From positions 1 to 59,301 of the IMG/VR virus record IMGVR_UViG_3300033155_000832: 59,301 nt of DNA, one strand, 5' to 3'. This document shows, in pieces, positions 9,009 through 17,231 of this stretch (positions within the stretch are counted from its first letter, which is position 1; the number at the start of each line of letters is the position of its first letter). Made by a program: the position numbers and the translations under genes. The notes below the pieces were generated by a model. It saw nothing but the letters and a program-made list of their open reading frames with translations. It was not told where the DNA came from and did no database searches. This stretch comes from a virus. Its lineage: Duplodnaviria; Caudoviricetes.

Positions 9009-9353
9009 TCAGGCTCCGGTTAATGTGCGTACGCGCTCCCGCAGGGAGTCTGTTATGGCGCGCCTCTGTAGTACATGATAACCGACTTTGGCAATGTACT
9101 CCGGCAATAACCAACCTAGGATTATATCCACGCCTGAGGGTTGATTACTGGGGCAGATCAAGAAGTCTTTGTCAGGGTCAAGTACGCGGGGCGTGAGCTC
9201 TGCGTACGCACGTTCGCGTGCTTCGTGGTGTGCGTGGCTTCCGTACACATAGGCATGCGGTATCCCGTTGTCGACCAACACCACCACCGACGTACTGGTT
9301 GTGATTCTACGAGCTGTGCGGGTTAGCGCCTGTTGTAGTAGTCGGGAAAGCAT
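9009..9353 (-). CDS. hypothetical protein
   Basis: ORF tiling between neighbours; start uncertain (9353 or 9413). Confidence 0.45.
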   Translation of the reverse strand: MLSRLLQQALTRTARRITTSTSVVVLVDNGIPHAYVYGSHAHHEARERAYAELTPRVLDPDKDFLICPSNQPSGVDIILGWLLPEYIAKVGYHVLQRRAITDSLRERVRTLTGA

Positions 9354-9376
9354 AGGACGTCCGTGTCGGGTTAGCG

Positions 9377-10000
9377 TTAAAGGGGCGTGTGTGTCACGGT
9401 GACACACTGCCACTCGTGTTCTTTATTGACGGTTGTACCTGCTAGCAGTATGGTGTTGGCCAGCTCGGTTAGAACCGCAAACATGGTGGGGGTCGAGGCG
9501 AGGGTGGTGCACGTCCTGCCATGGTTAGATCCGGCCTCCACTCGGGCGTTGCATGCCCACAGCCATGCCTGTGTGATTGCTTCATTTGGACTGGGCGCGA
9601 GGAAGGATTCCTGTGCTATGATCCTGTCTCCTTCGGCACGGCTGACGGTGAGCGTGGCCGACGGTAGTGACATATCGCGTGTGATCCATTCCAGCGTGGC
9701 ATCCGACCGCACCGCTTCGTCCTGTGCCACGTCTGTGACCGCCTGTATGTTGTAGTAGTGGTCGACGATACCCGCTAGCCGACTCTCGTGCCTCTCCTCG
9801 ACCCGCACCGCAACGACAAACGGTACCACCGCTGTTATGCTGGCAGTACTGTACGTCCGCAGTAATTCAGTTTTATAATCGTAGGTGTCGAGAGGAGGTA
9901 CGCCCTGCTCTTGGGTGGGGGGCGTGACCGGGGGGGTCTGTGCTTTGCGCCTGCGTAAGTGCTTCCGTGTGAATAGAGCTGTTAACGTGCTAAGAAGCAT
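9377..10000 (-). CDS. hypothetical protein
   Basis: 207-aa ORF with GGGGAG SD. Confidence 0.6.
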   Translation of the reverse strand: MLLSTLTALFTRKHLRRRKAQTPPVTPPTQEQGVPPLDTYDYKTELLRTYSTASITAVVPFVVAVRVEERHESRLAGIVDHYYNIQAVTDVAQDEAVRSDATLEWITRDMSLPSATLTVSRAEGDRIIAQESFLAPSPNEAITQAWLWACNARVEAGSNHGRTCTTLASTPTMFAVLTELANTILLAGTTVNKEHEWQCVTVTHTPL

Positions 10001-10179
10001 GTGTACTCCCCCTTATCTACTAGAACGCCATCGCAGGTGATCGACAAGGGCGCACAGGCGCTAACCATTCTACGCCGGTACTCATCTTGTACCCGCCTGA
10101 CCGTTATTGCGGCCTTTTTAAGCGTAGTGGCGCGTGCGATACAGTCCGTGCCTTTGTATACGACGTAAGGCTTACTCAT
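9982..10179 (-). CDS. hypothetical protein
   Basis: MSKPYVVY start overlapping the end of the upstream gene. Confidence 0.45.
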   Translation of the reverse strand: MSKPYVVYKGTDCIARATTLKKAAITVRRVQDEYRRRMVSACAPLSITCDGVLVDKGEYTCFLAR

Positions 10180-10459
10180 CTTCGTCACCGTCCTCGATCG
10201 CAGGCGCCTGCTCAGTCGGAGGCTCCTGCACGGGTTCCTTCGTCTCACGGAACAATAGTAAATCCACTATTACGTACAACAAGCCTACCGGCAGGAGTGC
10301 CATGATGTCCAGCAGGATGCTCGGAAGGAAACGTAGTTGTCTGCGCTTGCGTGCGAGCATAAGGTCGATCTTGGGGAGGGTATAGGCGGTCAACAAGGAG
10401 AGCAGTGACCATGCGAGCACGATCAGTCCTAGGTGCTGTAAAGTCGTAAGATTATTCAA
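10172..10459 (-). CDS. two-TM membrane protein with acidic tail (holin-like candidate)
   Basis: Two hydrophobic segments separated by RKRR; TTG start with GGAG SD inferred. Confidence 0.5.
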   Translation of the reverse strand: MNNLTTLQHLGLIVLAWSLLSLLTAYTLPKIDLMLARKRRQLRFLPSILLDIMALLPVGLLYVIVDLLLFRETKEPVQEPPTEQAPAIEDGDEDE

Positions 10460-10904
10460 CGTAACTCCATCGGGTTCGGTTTTGGACGGCACTGACGGTT
10501 GCCACTGCGATTCCGTAATCTACTGCTATTTCTTTGAGCGGGCGACGGTCAAGTCGGATTGCACGTACTTTGTCTTCGTTCAACTTGGCGCGGTTGTTGG
10601 CCACGCCACGGTTACACGAGAACCCTGCGGATGCGAATAGGTTCTCGAGTGCGCAGTTCTTAGGGTTGCCGTCGAGATACTTGACGTATCGTTTGCCTCT
10701 GCGCTGGTGGAACGCCCGCAGAATCAGGTGAGGTAACCTGCGGGGTGCGTAGTTCTTCCCGCGGGCGATTGTTACGTACATGACACGGTCTTGCTCACTG
10801 TATCGGGCTTCGACTAGGACGCCTCGGCAGTAGATGTTACCGTCTGTGTCGGCTGTGTAGTGTTTATAGCCGGGGATGCTGGCTGTTTTCAGATTCGTAG
10901 GCAT
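10452..10904 (-). CDS. HNH-endonuclease-like protein (degenerate) with C-terminal HTH
   Basis: IPGY..Y...DGNI, HLILRAF, KYLDGNPKNCALENL, AKLNEDKV..IR and EIA.DYGI...TVS.V motifs. Confidence 0.7.
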   Translation of the reverse strand: MPTNLKTASIPGYKHYTADTDGNIYCRGVLVEARYSEQDRVMYVTIARGKNYAPRRLPHLILRAFHQRRGKRYVKYLDGNPKNCALENLFASAGFSCNRGVANNRAKLNEDKVRAIRLDRRPLKEIAVDYGIAVATVSAVQNRTRWSYVE

Positions 10905-10955
10905 TGTTGACCTCGGTATCTGTATACGGCGATTGCGTCGCTGAGGCTTGGTTTG

Positions 10956-11315
10956 TTATTCTTTGTACACCCACTCGGAGGCGTCTGCATAGGTTGCAAG
11001 GGCGGTCTGGGCGTTATAGATGGTCTCGTCGTCTATCGTCAGTCCTACGGAAGCGTCGCTCGCGTCGAACATAAGCACTTCGGTTACTGCCTCGGACGAC
11101 TCTGCTAGTTCGCGTAAGTTTATCGACACAGCCACTCCTTCTACTCCTGCGATACACACGCCTTTATCGTCAGCGTAATACGTAGGGACGGGGTCGGAAC
11201 CGCGTAAGGCCTTGGCTATTCCAGCTTCAGCACACTGTGGTAGGTCGAAGGCGTCTGCGAAGATCGCCGCTAGTATGTCTACTCCGCGTTGTCGGATGTC
11301 AAGGTCTGTGGTCAT
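10956..11315 (-). CDS. hypothetical acidic early protein
   Basis: Start follows the conserved leader GGAGAACACC-ATG. Confidence 0.65.
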   Translation of the reverse strand: MTTDLDIRQRGVDILAAIFADAFDLPQCAEAGIAKALRGSDPVPTYYADDKGVCIAGVEGVAVSINLRELAESSEAVTEVLMFDASDASVGLTIDDETIYNAQTALATYADASEWVYKE

Positions 11316-11377
11316 GGTGTTCTCCTGTGGAGGGTAAGGTGTTGCCATAGTTTACACACTTGCCGTCACTTTGTCAA
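11316..11377 (-). promoter_or_regulatory. promoter-leader cassette
   Basis: TTGACA 11372-11377-17-TAAACT 11349-11354 with AAGTGTG; leader CCCTCCACAGGAGAACACC. Confidence 0.8.
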
Positions 11378-11386
11378 GCGTTTTGC

Positions 11387-13297
11387 TTATTTTTGCAAAG
11401 TCTTCAGATACTCGCAATATCCGGCCACGTCTTTGAATACCACCACGGCACCGTGGTGCCCTGCCATCTTATGCGAGCTGTCAGGGTGTGTTAAGTAGTT
11501 ACCTTGGGCGGGCAACCATCCGTTTTGCTTAGCGCGGTCGAGCATAGCCGTGGACGTGCCTTGTGCGTTATGGATCGTTACTCCGTACTCAGGTAAGGTA
11601 CCTGCGGTAGCCGTCTGTGCCCCGTACACGACCCCGCTGTCTCCGTAGTAGTCGGTGGCGCGACCGTACCTATCGGCCATTTCCTCAAGCGCTGGATCCA
11701 GCTGTGCACGGACTTCTTCGATCTGGTTATCGCCGTTCAGGTTGAATTCCCGCTCACCGATCCGATACACCGTACGCATGACGTTCTCGATTCCCTCGCC
11801 TTCGAAGAGCCACCGCCCGTGCTGGTTCTCGAGCACCACGTCATTGCCCCGCTGGGTGACGCTGAACGTGTCTTGTAGGATCTGCGGGCAGGTGCGGAGT
11901 GCTTGCGCCTTGTCGTCGTCTAGCTCGTGCAGACTGTTGAAGTACGGGGAGTGCTCCACGCTGTCCGTAACCATGGGTATAGACAGTACTGTACCCTTTC
12001 GGTACCCGCCCCGTCCGCCCTTATGTAGTACGTCCTCGCGCAAGATCACAGTCGCAGTTCGCCTGCGTCCGCCTTGGGGCAGGGTGTGAATACGCACCAC
12101 GCCTGTGTGAACGCCCACGTGCGGGACATTCCAACACGCGATACAATCGTCTCCGTTCTCAAACTGTTGCACCACCGGAATCGTATTCTCATCGGTGCCC
12201 TGCCACTTCTTAGGGAGGGTGGCAACCACGACAGGGTCTTTGCGCAGTTTCTCCGCGGCGTCACGGAGCGCTTTCATCACCTGCTCACGTACCGCAGGGG
12301 TGAATGTCTGGTGCCAGACGCCTTTACCGCCTGACGCCTTGTAGTAGCCTCGCGCTCCGTTGGTGGTTATGTGACGCGCGAGTTTGTGGCCTTCCTCGTG
12401 CTTGTACGTCCCGCGGGCACTGTACAACGCAATAGGGCGGGCAACATTGCCTATGAATTCGTCGAACATGTTCTTAGCGATCCATGTCGCCGCTCGGCTA
12501 GCCAAGGCCTTTGCCTGCTTAGCGTCAGGCTCAGTGACCTTACCCTCGAGTAGGCTCACGTTTACCAGTCGCGCCTGCCACTCGTTTTCCTCGAGAGAGA
12601 GTTGTCGCGTGCCTGCGTTGGCAACCGTGGAATAGGTGATGCTGTCCTCTGATACGTGGCTTACGTAGTGATCGAGCGACATCGACAGAGCGGTTACCGC
12701 TTCCTCGAACGTCTTACCCTGTACCAGAGGTTCGTAATTCTCATCAGGTCGTACGTATATGAAATCTTGGCGGGGCGATAGCACGTACCCTTGGTAGGTC
12801 GCTGGAAGATCTTGCCCCTCTTTTAAGTTGACGGCCACGGCATCCCGTACGCAGGTAGATGTTCCGGTTACCGCGCCTAGCTCGTGCAACAACGACAACG
12901 CGGTCTTCGTCCGCTCGCTGGGGGTCATAGACTCCCACGCGCGTGACTGTCCTACCTGCGAAGTGTTGATACTGTTATTGACGTCTTTCGGCTGGCGCTC
13001 CGAGTCGTTGAGCAGTTCCGGAGGGACGTAGACGCCTGTATAGTCGCTGAAGACCTCTCCGTCTTCGAGCGGGTCTCCGTATTTAATGCGAAACTTCGCG
13101 TCTATCTGTTGACGCTTGAGTACCGTACGTAGTGATTCTGCGTTGAGGCGTAGGAACATCGCGACCGGTGTGCTCTTGTCGACAACCGTCGTGACGTACG
13201 CGGACTGAACGTAGTCATCGAGGGTGTGGAGCCACGCACGTACCTTGCGGAGGGTGGCGTCGTCTGCTGTATCTAGTTCGGTGGCGTCTGTTTGCAT
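11387..13297 (-). CDS. large hypothetical protein (636 aa)
   Basis: Long open frame; no motif recognised. Confidence 0.75.
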   Translation of the reverse strand: MQTDATELDTADDATLRKVRAWLHTLDDYVQSAYVTTVVDKSTPVAMFLRLNAESLRTVLKRQQIDAKFRIKYGDPLEDGEVFSDYTGVYVPPELLNDSERQPKDVNNSINTSQVGQSRAWESMTPSERTKTALSLLHELGAVTGTSTCVRDAVAVNLKEGQDLPATYQGYVLSPRQDFIYVRPDENYEPLVQGKTFEEAVTALSMSLDHYVSHVSEDSITYSTVANAGTRQLSLEENEWQARLVNVSLLEGKVTEPDAKQAKALASRAATWIAKNMFDEFIGNVARPIALYSARGTYKHEEGHKLARHITTNGARGYYKASGGKGVWHQTFTPAVREQVMKALRDAAEKLRKDPVVVATLPKKWQGTDENTIPVVQQFENGDDCIACWNVPHVGVHTGVVRIHTLPQGGRRRTATVILREDVLHKGGRGGYRKGTVLSIPMVTDSVEHSPYFNSLHELDDDKAQALRTCPQILQDTFSVTQRGNDVVLENQHGRWLFEGEGIENVMRTVYRIGEREFNLNGDNQIEEVRAQLDPALEEMADRYGRATDYYGDSGVVYGAQTATAGTLPEYGVTIHNAQGTSTAMLDRAKQNGWLPAQGNYLTHPDSSHKMAGHHGAVVVFKDVAGYCEYLKTLQK

Positions 13298-13322
13298 AAT
13301 ATGCCGTAGGGTTAGCGTTACG

Positions 13323-13694
13323 TTATTTTACCGCTTTTTGCTCTTTCGCGAGGTCTTTGAGGGCTTTGCGCTCTTTATACTCCTCGTTTAGTTGCTTCCA
13401 TAGTGCATTATAGTGCGTACGCCCTTCGCGCATGTCGATAATATCCGTGCTTCCACTGTCCATCCAGTCAAGCATGGTAGCGAGCTCCCGTCCGAGCTCC
13501 TCGAGGATAGGCTGAGCGCATGCCGGACATAGGTTAGCCGTAGACCCGCTCTTCCCCTGTCCTTGGCACAGGCGGAGGCGGATATGAGGCATCGGTTGTT
13601 TACATGACGAACACGGGCTTCGGTGTCGTTTAGTGGTTTCTATCCACTCGACACGTACGCCCGCTAGCCATAGTCCTTTTTTTCGTACAGTCAT
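13323..13694 (-). CDS. putative zinc-ribbon protein
   Basis: CSSC...CPAC; AGGA SD. Confidence 0.6.
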   Translation of the reverse strand: MTVRKKGLWLAGVRVEWIETTKRHRSPCSSCKQPMPHIRLRLCQGQGKSGSTANLCPACAQPILEELGRELATMLDWMDSGSTDIIDMREGRTHYNALWKQLNEEYKERKALKDLAKEQKAVK

Positions 13695-13704
13695 AATTTC
13701 CTAC

Positions 13705-14202
13705 TTACTTGAATGTGACGACGTCACTGACCGTCACCTTGCCGTATGTCGCGCGCCCGTCCTTGTCGATAGACGCCTTGCACAGGACGGTGACACTTTC
13801 CTCGAATTTAGACACGTCAACGCCTTTGAAATACTGAACGGTGTCCGATTTGGCGAACGCTATTGCTTTGCTCCGTAGTGCTAGCTTGAGCAGGCTGAGC
13901 GCCATCCCCTTCCAGTTTATTGTGTACTTGGCTGTGGGGCGAACCGCTAGGGTTACCACACCTTCTTCTACTTGACCACGGTTATAGGCGCACACCAACT
14001 GCGACTTGTATTGTTTCGTAATAGCCGTCAGTTGTTTCGCCTTGTCGTTGAGCGATTTGGTTGCCTGTATGTGGTGTTGAGAGGCGCGGTCGTCTGGGAG
14101 CGTCAGCTCAGGCAGGTCGTCGATCGCCTCTTGTAAGCGGTATAGGCGCGCCTGTAGGTCGTTGCGTTCGGTACGTATGGTCTGGTTCGGGATCTTGGGC
14201 AT
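13705..14202 (-). CDS. hypothetical early protein
   Basis: Headed by a full cassette; coiled-coil-like N-terminus. Confidence 0.7.
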   Translation of the reverse strand: MPKIPNQTIRTERNDLQARLYRLQEAIDDLPELTLPDDRASQHHIQATKSLNDKAKQLTAITKQYKSQLVCAYNRGQVEEGVVTLAVRPTAKYTINWKGMALSLLKLALRSKAIAFAKSDTVQYFKGVDVSKFEESVTVLCKASIDKDGRATYGKVTVSDVVTFK

Positions 14203-14298
14203 GGTGTTCTCCGTTGGAGGGTGAGGGGTTGTGTCCGTTCATTTTACACACTTCGGTAACACGTGTCAAGCCCCGTATATACTTTTTCGTATATTTTT
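14203..14298 (-). promoter_or_regulatory. full promoter-leader cassette
   Basis: Box 14278-14293, TTGACA 14264-14269-17-TAAAAT 14241-14246, leader CCCTCCAACGGAGAACACC. Confidence 0.85.
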
Positions 14299-14301
14299 CT
14301 G

Positions 14302-14541
14302 TCAGGTCTGCGCGTCGTCTTCTAATGTATAGTCGGTACTGGTACCGGTTTCGATTGTGACGCGATGGCCTGTAGTGCGTACGTGACGTCGAACAGCGTT
14401 GCGCAGGCTCTGCGCAGTAGGGGTGACGTCTGTGTGTATCCCCTCGTACCACGAACATTCGGGGTCGGTGCACACTGCGTGGTGGTGTACTATGCCGTAT
14501 CGCGTCACTTTTACGTGTTTACGCTTCGTACGGTTGTTCAT
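14302..14541 (-). CDS. small C2H2-like zinc-finger protein
   Basis: CTDPEC...HVRTTGH; ATGA overlap with the upstream gene. Confidence 0.55.
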   Translation of the reverse strand: MNNRTKRKHVKVTRYGIVHHHAVCTDPECSWYEGIHTDVTPTAQSLRNAVRRHVRTTGHRVTIETGTSTDYTLEDDAQT

Positions 14542-15122
14542 GCGTTTTCGCGCTTGTCTGTGGCCTCGGTAACCGCGTCCGCTTTGCCGTTGACCTTTGG
14601 GCGGACAACGTCAGCGCCTGTGGTGACGTCAACGCCTCCCACGAGCGTGCTGTCTTCTACGAGCATACCATCGGACTCTTGTGCTTTGTCTTCTTCAGGA
14701 TGTAACATGTGCTTTTTCCTTCGTTTTATGCGACTGAACGCGAGATAGGGTTGAATACGTTCGAAGACACTCCATACAGTATGTAGCGACTCGATGTACG
14801 CGGGAGAGAGGTTGTCTTGTTGTGCCTGTCGGTGGCACTCGGACTTGAAGTTTGGGTAGGTGATCGCGGTGACCAGCGCACCCACGAGCGCGCGCATAAC
14901 CGGCACAGGTAGGATAAGGCGGTAAGCATAGTCGCGCCCTATGGTGGCATGTAACTGCGTGTGTTCGTCGATACCTTGGATGCCGTTGTCGATTGCGAAG
15001 TCGAGCAGGTTACGTAGTGCCTGCTCTTCCCGTGCACGGATGAGCGCGCACGGGCTCGGGTGCTCATCTTGGGGGTTTTTGACGACGATTGAATACATGC
15101 CTAAGTTGGTTTGTAACCACAT
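14538..15122 (-). CDS. conserved-looking phage hypothetical protein
   Basis: MW..T..G.YSIV, IRAR, RDY.YR and YPNFK pattern; start follows the conserved leader. Confidence 0.7.
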   Translation of the reverse strand: MWLQTNLGMYSIVVKNPQDEHPSPCALIRAREEQALRNLLDFAIDNGIQGIDEHTQLHATIGRDYAYRLILPVPVMRALVGALVTAITYPNFKSECHRQAQQDNLSPAYIESLHTVWSVFERIQPYLAFSRIKRRKKHMLHPEEDKAQESDGMLVEDSTLVGGVDVTTGADVVRPKVNGKADAVTEATDKRENA

Positions 15123-15193
15123 GGTGTTCTCCTTAAGAGAGGGTAAGTTTTGGTTGGTCGGTTCAGTATACACACTTCGGTAACTGTTGTCAA
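15123..15193 (-). promoter_or_regulatory. promoter-leader cassette
   Basis: TTGACA 15188-15193 (contains the upstream TGA stop)-17-TATACT 15165-15170; leader identical to 1658-1678. Confidence 0.85.
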
Positions 15194-15900
15194 GCGGTCT
15201 CAGGCTTGGTGGCTCGAGGCATCGGCATAAGGATGGCGATACGCCCGTCCGTGAAGTCTAATCGGATCGAACCGCTCGCAGATGTTTGGCGCATACTAGA
15301 CGGCAGTCCTTGACTGGTTGCAAAGTCGTACGACCGTTTCGGGATGGCGTACCGCCAGTGTTCCTGTGTCTCATTTGATTCGATAATGCCGTACGCGTAC
15401 TCGGGCTTAAGTTTCGGGTCAGGGCTGGCAGGTTCTATCAATACAAGTGCCCCGCACGTGATCGTATGGGTGTACGAACCGCCTGTGATCCGTTCCCATG
15501 GCGGGAAACTAACGGACTCATCGGGTAGGTGCTCGCCCGTCTTCGGGCAGTAGTAGCCTACCTCGTGTTCCTCTTCGGCTTTGGCGACAAACAATATGTT
15601 ACCGTTGGTTGCCACCCACAGAGCGCCTGTGCAGTATACGTGTCGAATGCTGTACCTGCTAGTCGCTTCGGCAGTTGCTTGCGCCACCCACTGAAACGCG
15701 GTTTTAGGCTTGCGGGGTTGTTTGGGTACGAACGACCGCGCGAGTAGCGAGATAGCCTTGCAGGTCTCGCTGTCTTCGTCGGCGCGAGCTTTGGCGTACA
15801 GGTCGGCTAAGGTCTTCCACTGTTCCCTGTCGGGAGTCTTACCTCGCCCGTCTTGGAAGTAATGGTTTGACGTTATGTTAACGGGGATAGGTCTGGTCAT
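15190..15900 (-). CDS. beta-sliding-clamp (DnaN)-like partial-domain protein
   Basis: RYSI.HV....WVATNG, FP.WERI and terminal ILMPM.R resemble DnaN middle and C-terminal motifs; only 236 aa. Confidence 0.5.
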   Translation of the reverse strand: MTRPIPVNITSNHYFQDGRGKTPDREQWKTLADLYAKARADEDSETCKAISLLARSFVPKQPRKPKTAFQWVAQATAEATSRYSIRHVYCTGALWVATNGNILFVAKAEEEHEVGYYCPKTGEHLPDESVSFPPWERITGGSYTHTITCGALVLIEPASPDPKLKPEYAYGIIESNETQEHWRYAIPKRSYDFATSQGLPSSMRQTSASGSIRLDFTDGRIAILMPMPRATKPETA

Positions 15901-15997
15901 GGTGTTCTCGGTTGGAGGGTGAAAGCTGTTTACCCTCGCAGTTTACACACTTCGATAACAGTTGTCAAGCGCTTTATATACTTTTTCGTATATTTTT
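15901..15997 (-). promoter_or_regulatory. full promoter-leader cassette
   Basis: Box 15977-15992, TTGACA 15963-15968-17-TAAACT 15940-15945, leader CCCTCCAACCGAGAACACC. Confidence 0.85.
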
Positions 15998-16016
15998 CTG
16001 TAAGCCGTAAGTTCGG

Positions 16017-16031
16017 GTGACAAACTGTCAC
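16017..16031. promoter_or_regulatory. palindrome GTGACA-AAC-TGTCAC (copy 1 of 5)
   Basis: Exact inverted repeat; overlaps the stop codon of the head morphogenesis gene. Confidence 0.6.
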
Positions 16032-16876
16032 GCTTTCCGCTTCGTCCTGATGCGCTGTAGTGCTCGGATGTGTCGCTCCCGTTCTTTGAGGGGGTCGCCG
16101 CTCATCTTCAACCACTCTGCGTACGGCACCACACTTAACAAAAGCCTATCTCTGCAACGTGTAAGGCAAATTGTAGCCCCACTTCGCGGCTGGGTTGGTA
16201 AAGTATACTTCGTGTACGGGCTGTTCTTGATGAGGTAGCGACAGCTCTCACATGTGTTGCCGTCGTTCGGCCCTACCCAATATATCTTAATATTATCGGG
16301 CATACCGATAACCCTGCCCGCTTGGAAGATAGCCTCGAGCGCGTCTGAATACATGTCGAGACGTCTGCGGTATCCCATGCGACCTTTGCCTGCTGTTATA
16401 TCGTTCATAAACTTGTTGAAATATCGCATTTCGTGGGAGATCGCGCTCTTCAGGTACGCGGAGTCTTTCGCGCTGAGCTGAGTGGTTACCTTTTTACCGC
16501 TGGCGCGTACTCCCGCAGTAAAGGCTTGCTCCATGGCATGCCGTTGTTGCTTCTGCATATCGGCCTTGAAGCGTACAGGGTTCTTGGTCTTGGCCTGCTC
16601 GTACGTAGTAAGCAGTGCCCGCATCATTAGTTTCCTGTTGCGTACGAGCTTGGCCTGTTCCTTGCGCGCCTTGATAAGGGAGGACGTGCGATACTTCTTG
16701 AGGTTCACACCTGCTGGGGTCTTCATTAAGAGCTTCTTAGCGATACTCAGATCCCCGCCCTTTACTGTGCCTATGCCTTTTCCTTCGTACAGCCACGGGC
16801 GGTCGTACGCATCGTACGTGGGTGCGTACACGAATAGGTCATCTGCGTATATCGTGGTAGTGCTGTCGTCTTGCAT
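16028..16876 (-). CDS. head morphogenesis protein (Mu gpF/SPP1 gp7-like)
   Basis: W....D..TCESC......PY...LP..P..G.T.C..RCR motif; downstream of the portal. Confidence 0.75.
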   Translation of the reverse strand: MQDDSTTTIYADDLFVYAPTYDAYDRPWLYEGKGIGTVKGGDLSIAKKLLMKTPAGVNLKKYRTSSLIKARKEQAKLVRNRKLMMRALLTTYEQAKTKNPVRFKADMQKQQRHAMEQAFTAGVRASGKKVTTQLSAKDSAYLKSAISHEMRYFNKFMNDITAGKGRMGYRRRLDMYSDALEAIFQAGRVIGMPDNIKIYWVGPNDGNTCESCRYLIKNSPYTKYTLPTQPRSGATICLTRCRDRLLLSVVPYAEWLKMSGDPLKERERHIRALQRIRTKRKA

Positions 16877-17231
16877 TGTTGTATCGGCACCAAAGGGCGT
16901 GAAGAGCTTTGTGGGCGCGGGTAGGTGAGTACGGGAAGTTGAACAGTTGCGCTAAAAGCGTCGCCCTTGGTAGTAGCGTCAAAAATGGGCGGTCTTTGTA
17001 TCCGGACACGACGACTCGGCCAATGTACGGTATCTCACAGTCATGCCCCTGTGCGAGGCTTTGATACATCGCGTCACAGTACGCTTGCACCACCGCCTCC
17101 GTCTGTTCGTACGATACTCCGGTGTTGATGGACGCGGTTATGATGACATGGTCGAGCTCCTTGTTGGCGCCTATGTCACTCCCTCTTATCCTGTGGTTAT
17201 TATTTTGCAATACTGCGCCAGCTTTCGTCAA
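16839..17231 (-). CDS. HU/IHF-like DNA-binding protein (divergent, arm shortened)
   Basis: TGVSYEQTEAVVQAY.D.M...LAQG..CEIPYIGR; start uncertain. Confidence 0.55.
   Translation of the reverse strand: MTKAGAVLQNNNHRIRGSDIGANKELDHVIITASINTGVSYEQTEAVVQAYCDAMYQSLAQGHDCEIPYIGRVVVSGYKDRPFLTLLPRATLLAQLFNFPYSPTRAHKALHALWCRYNNARRQHYHDIRR

Noticed and set aside
9389-9407. Perfect palindrome GTGTGTCAC-G-GTGACACAC
   Set aside because: Single copy in coding sequence, with half-site orientation opposite to the GTGACA-N3-TGTCAC family; function unsupported
183-15997. Dispersed repeats considered as a CRISPR array or integron attC sites
   Set aside because: Spacing is gene-sized and irregular, the repeats resolve into -35/-10/RBS elements, and no cas or integrase gene is present
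15930-16115. Short ORFs sharing the peptide EKYTKKYI (also 14108-14473)
   Set aside because: The peptide is just the translation of the repeated promoter box, not a protein family
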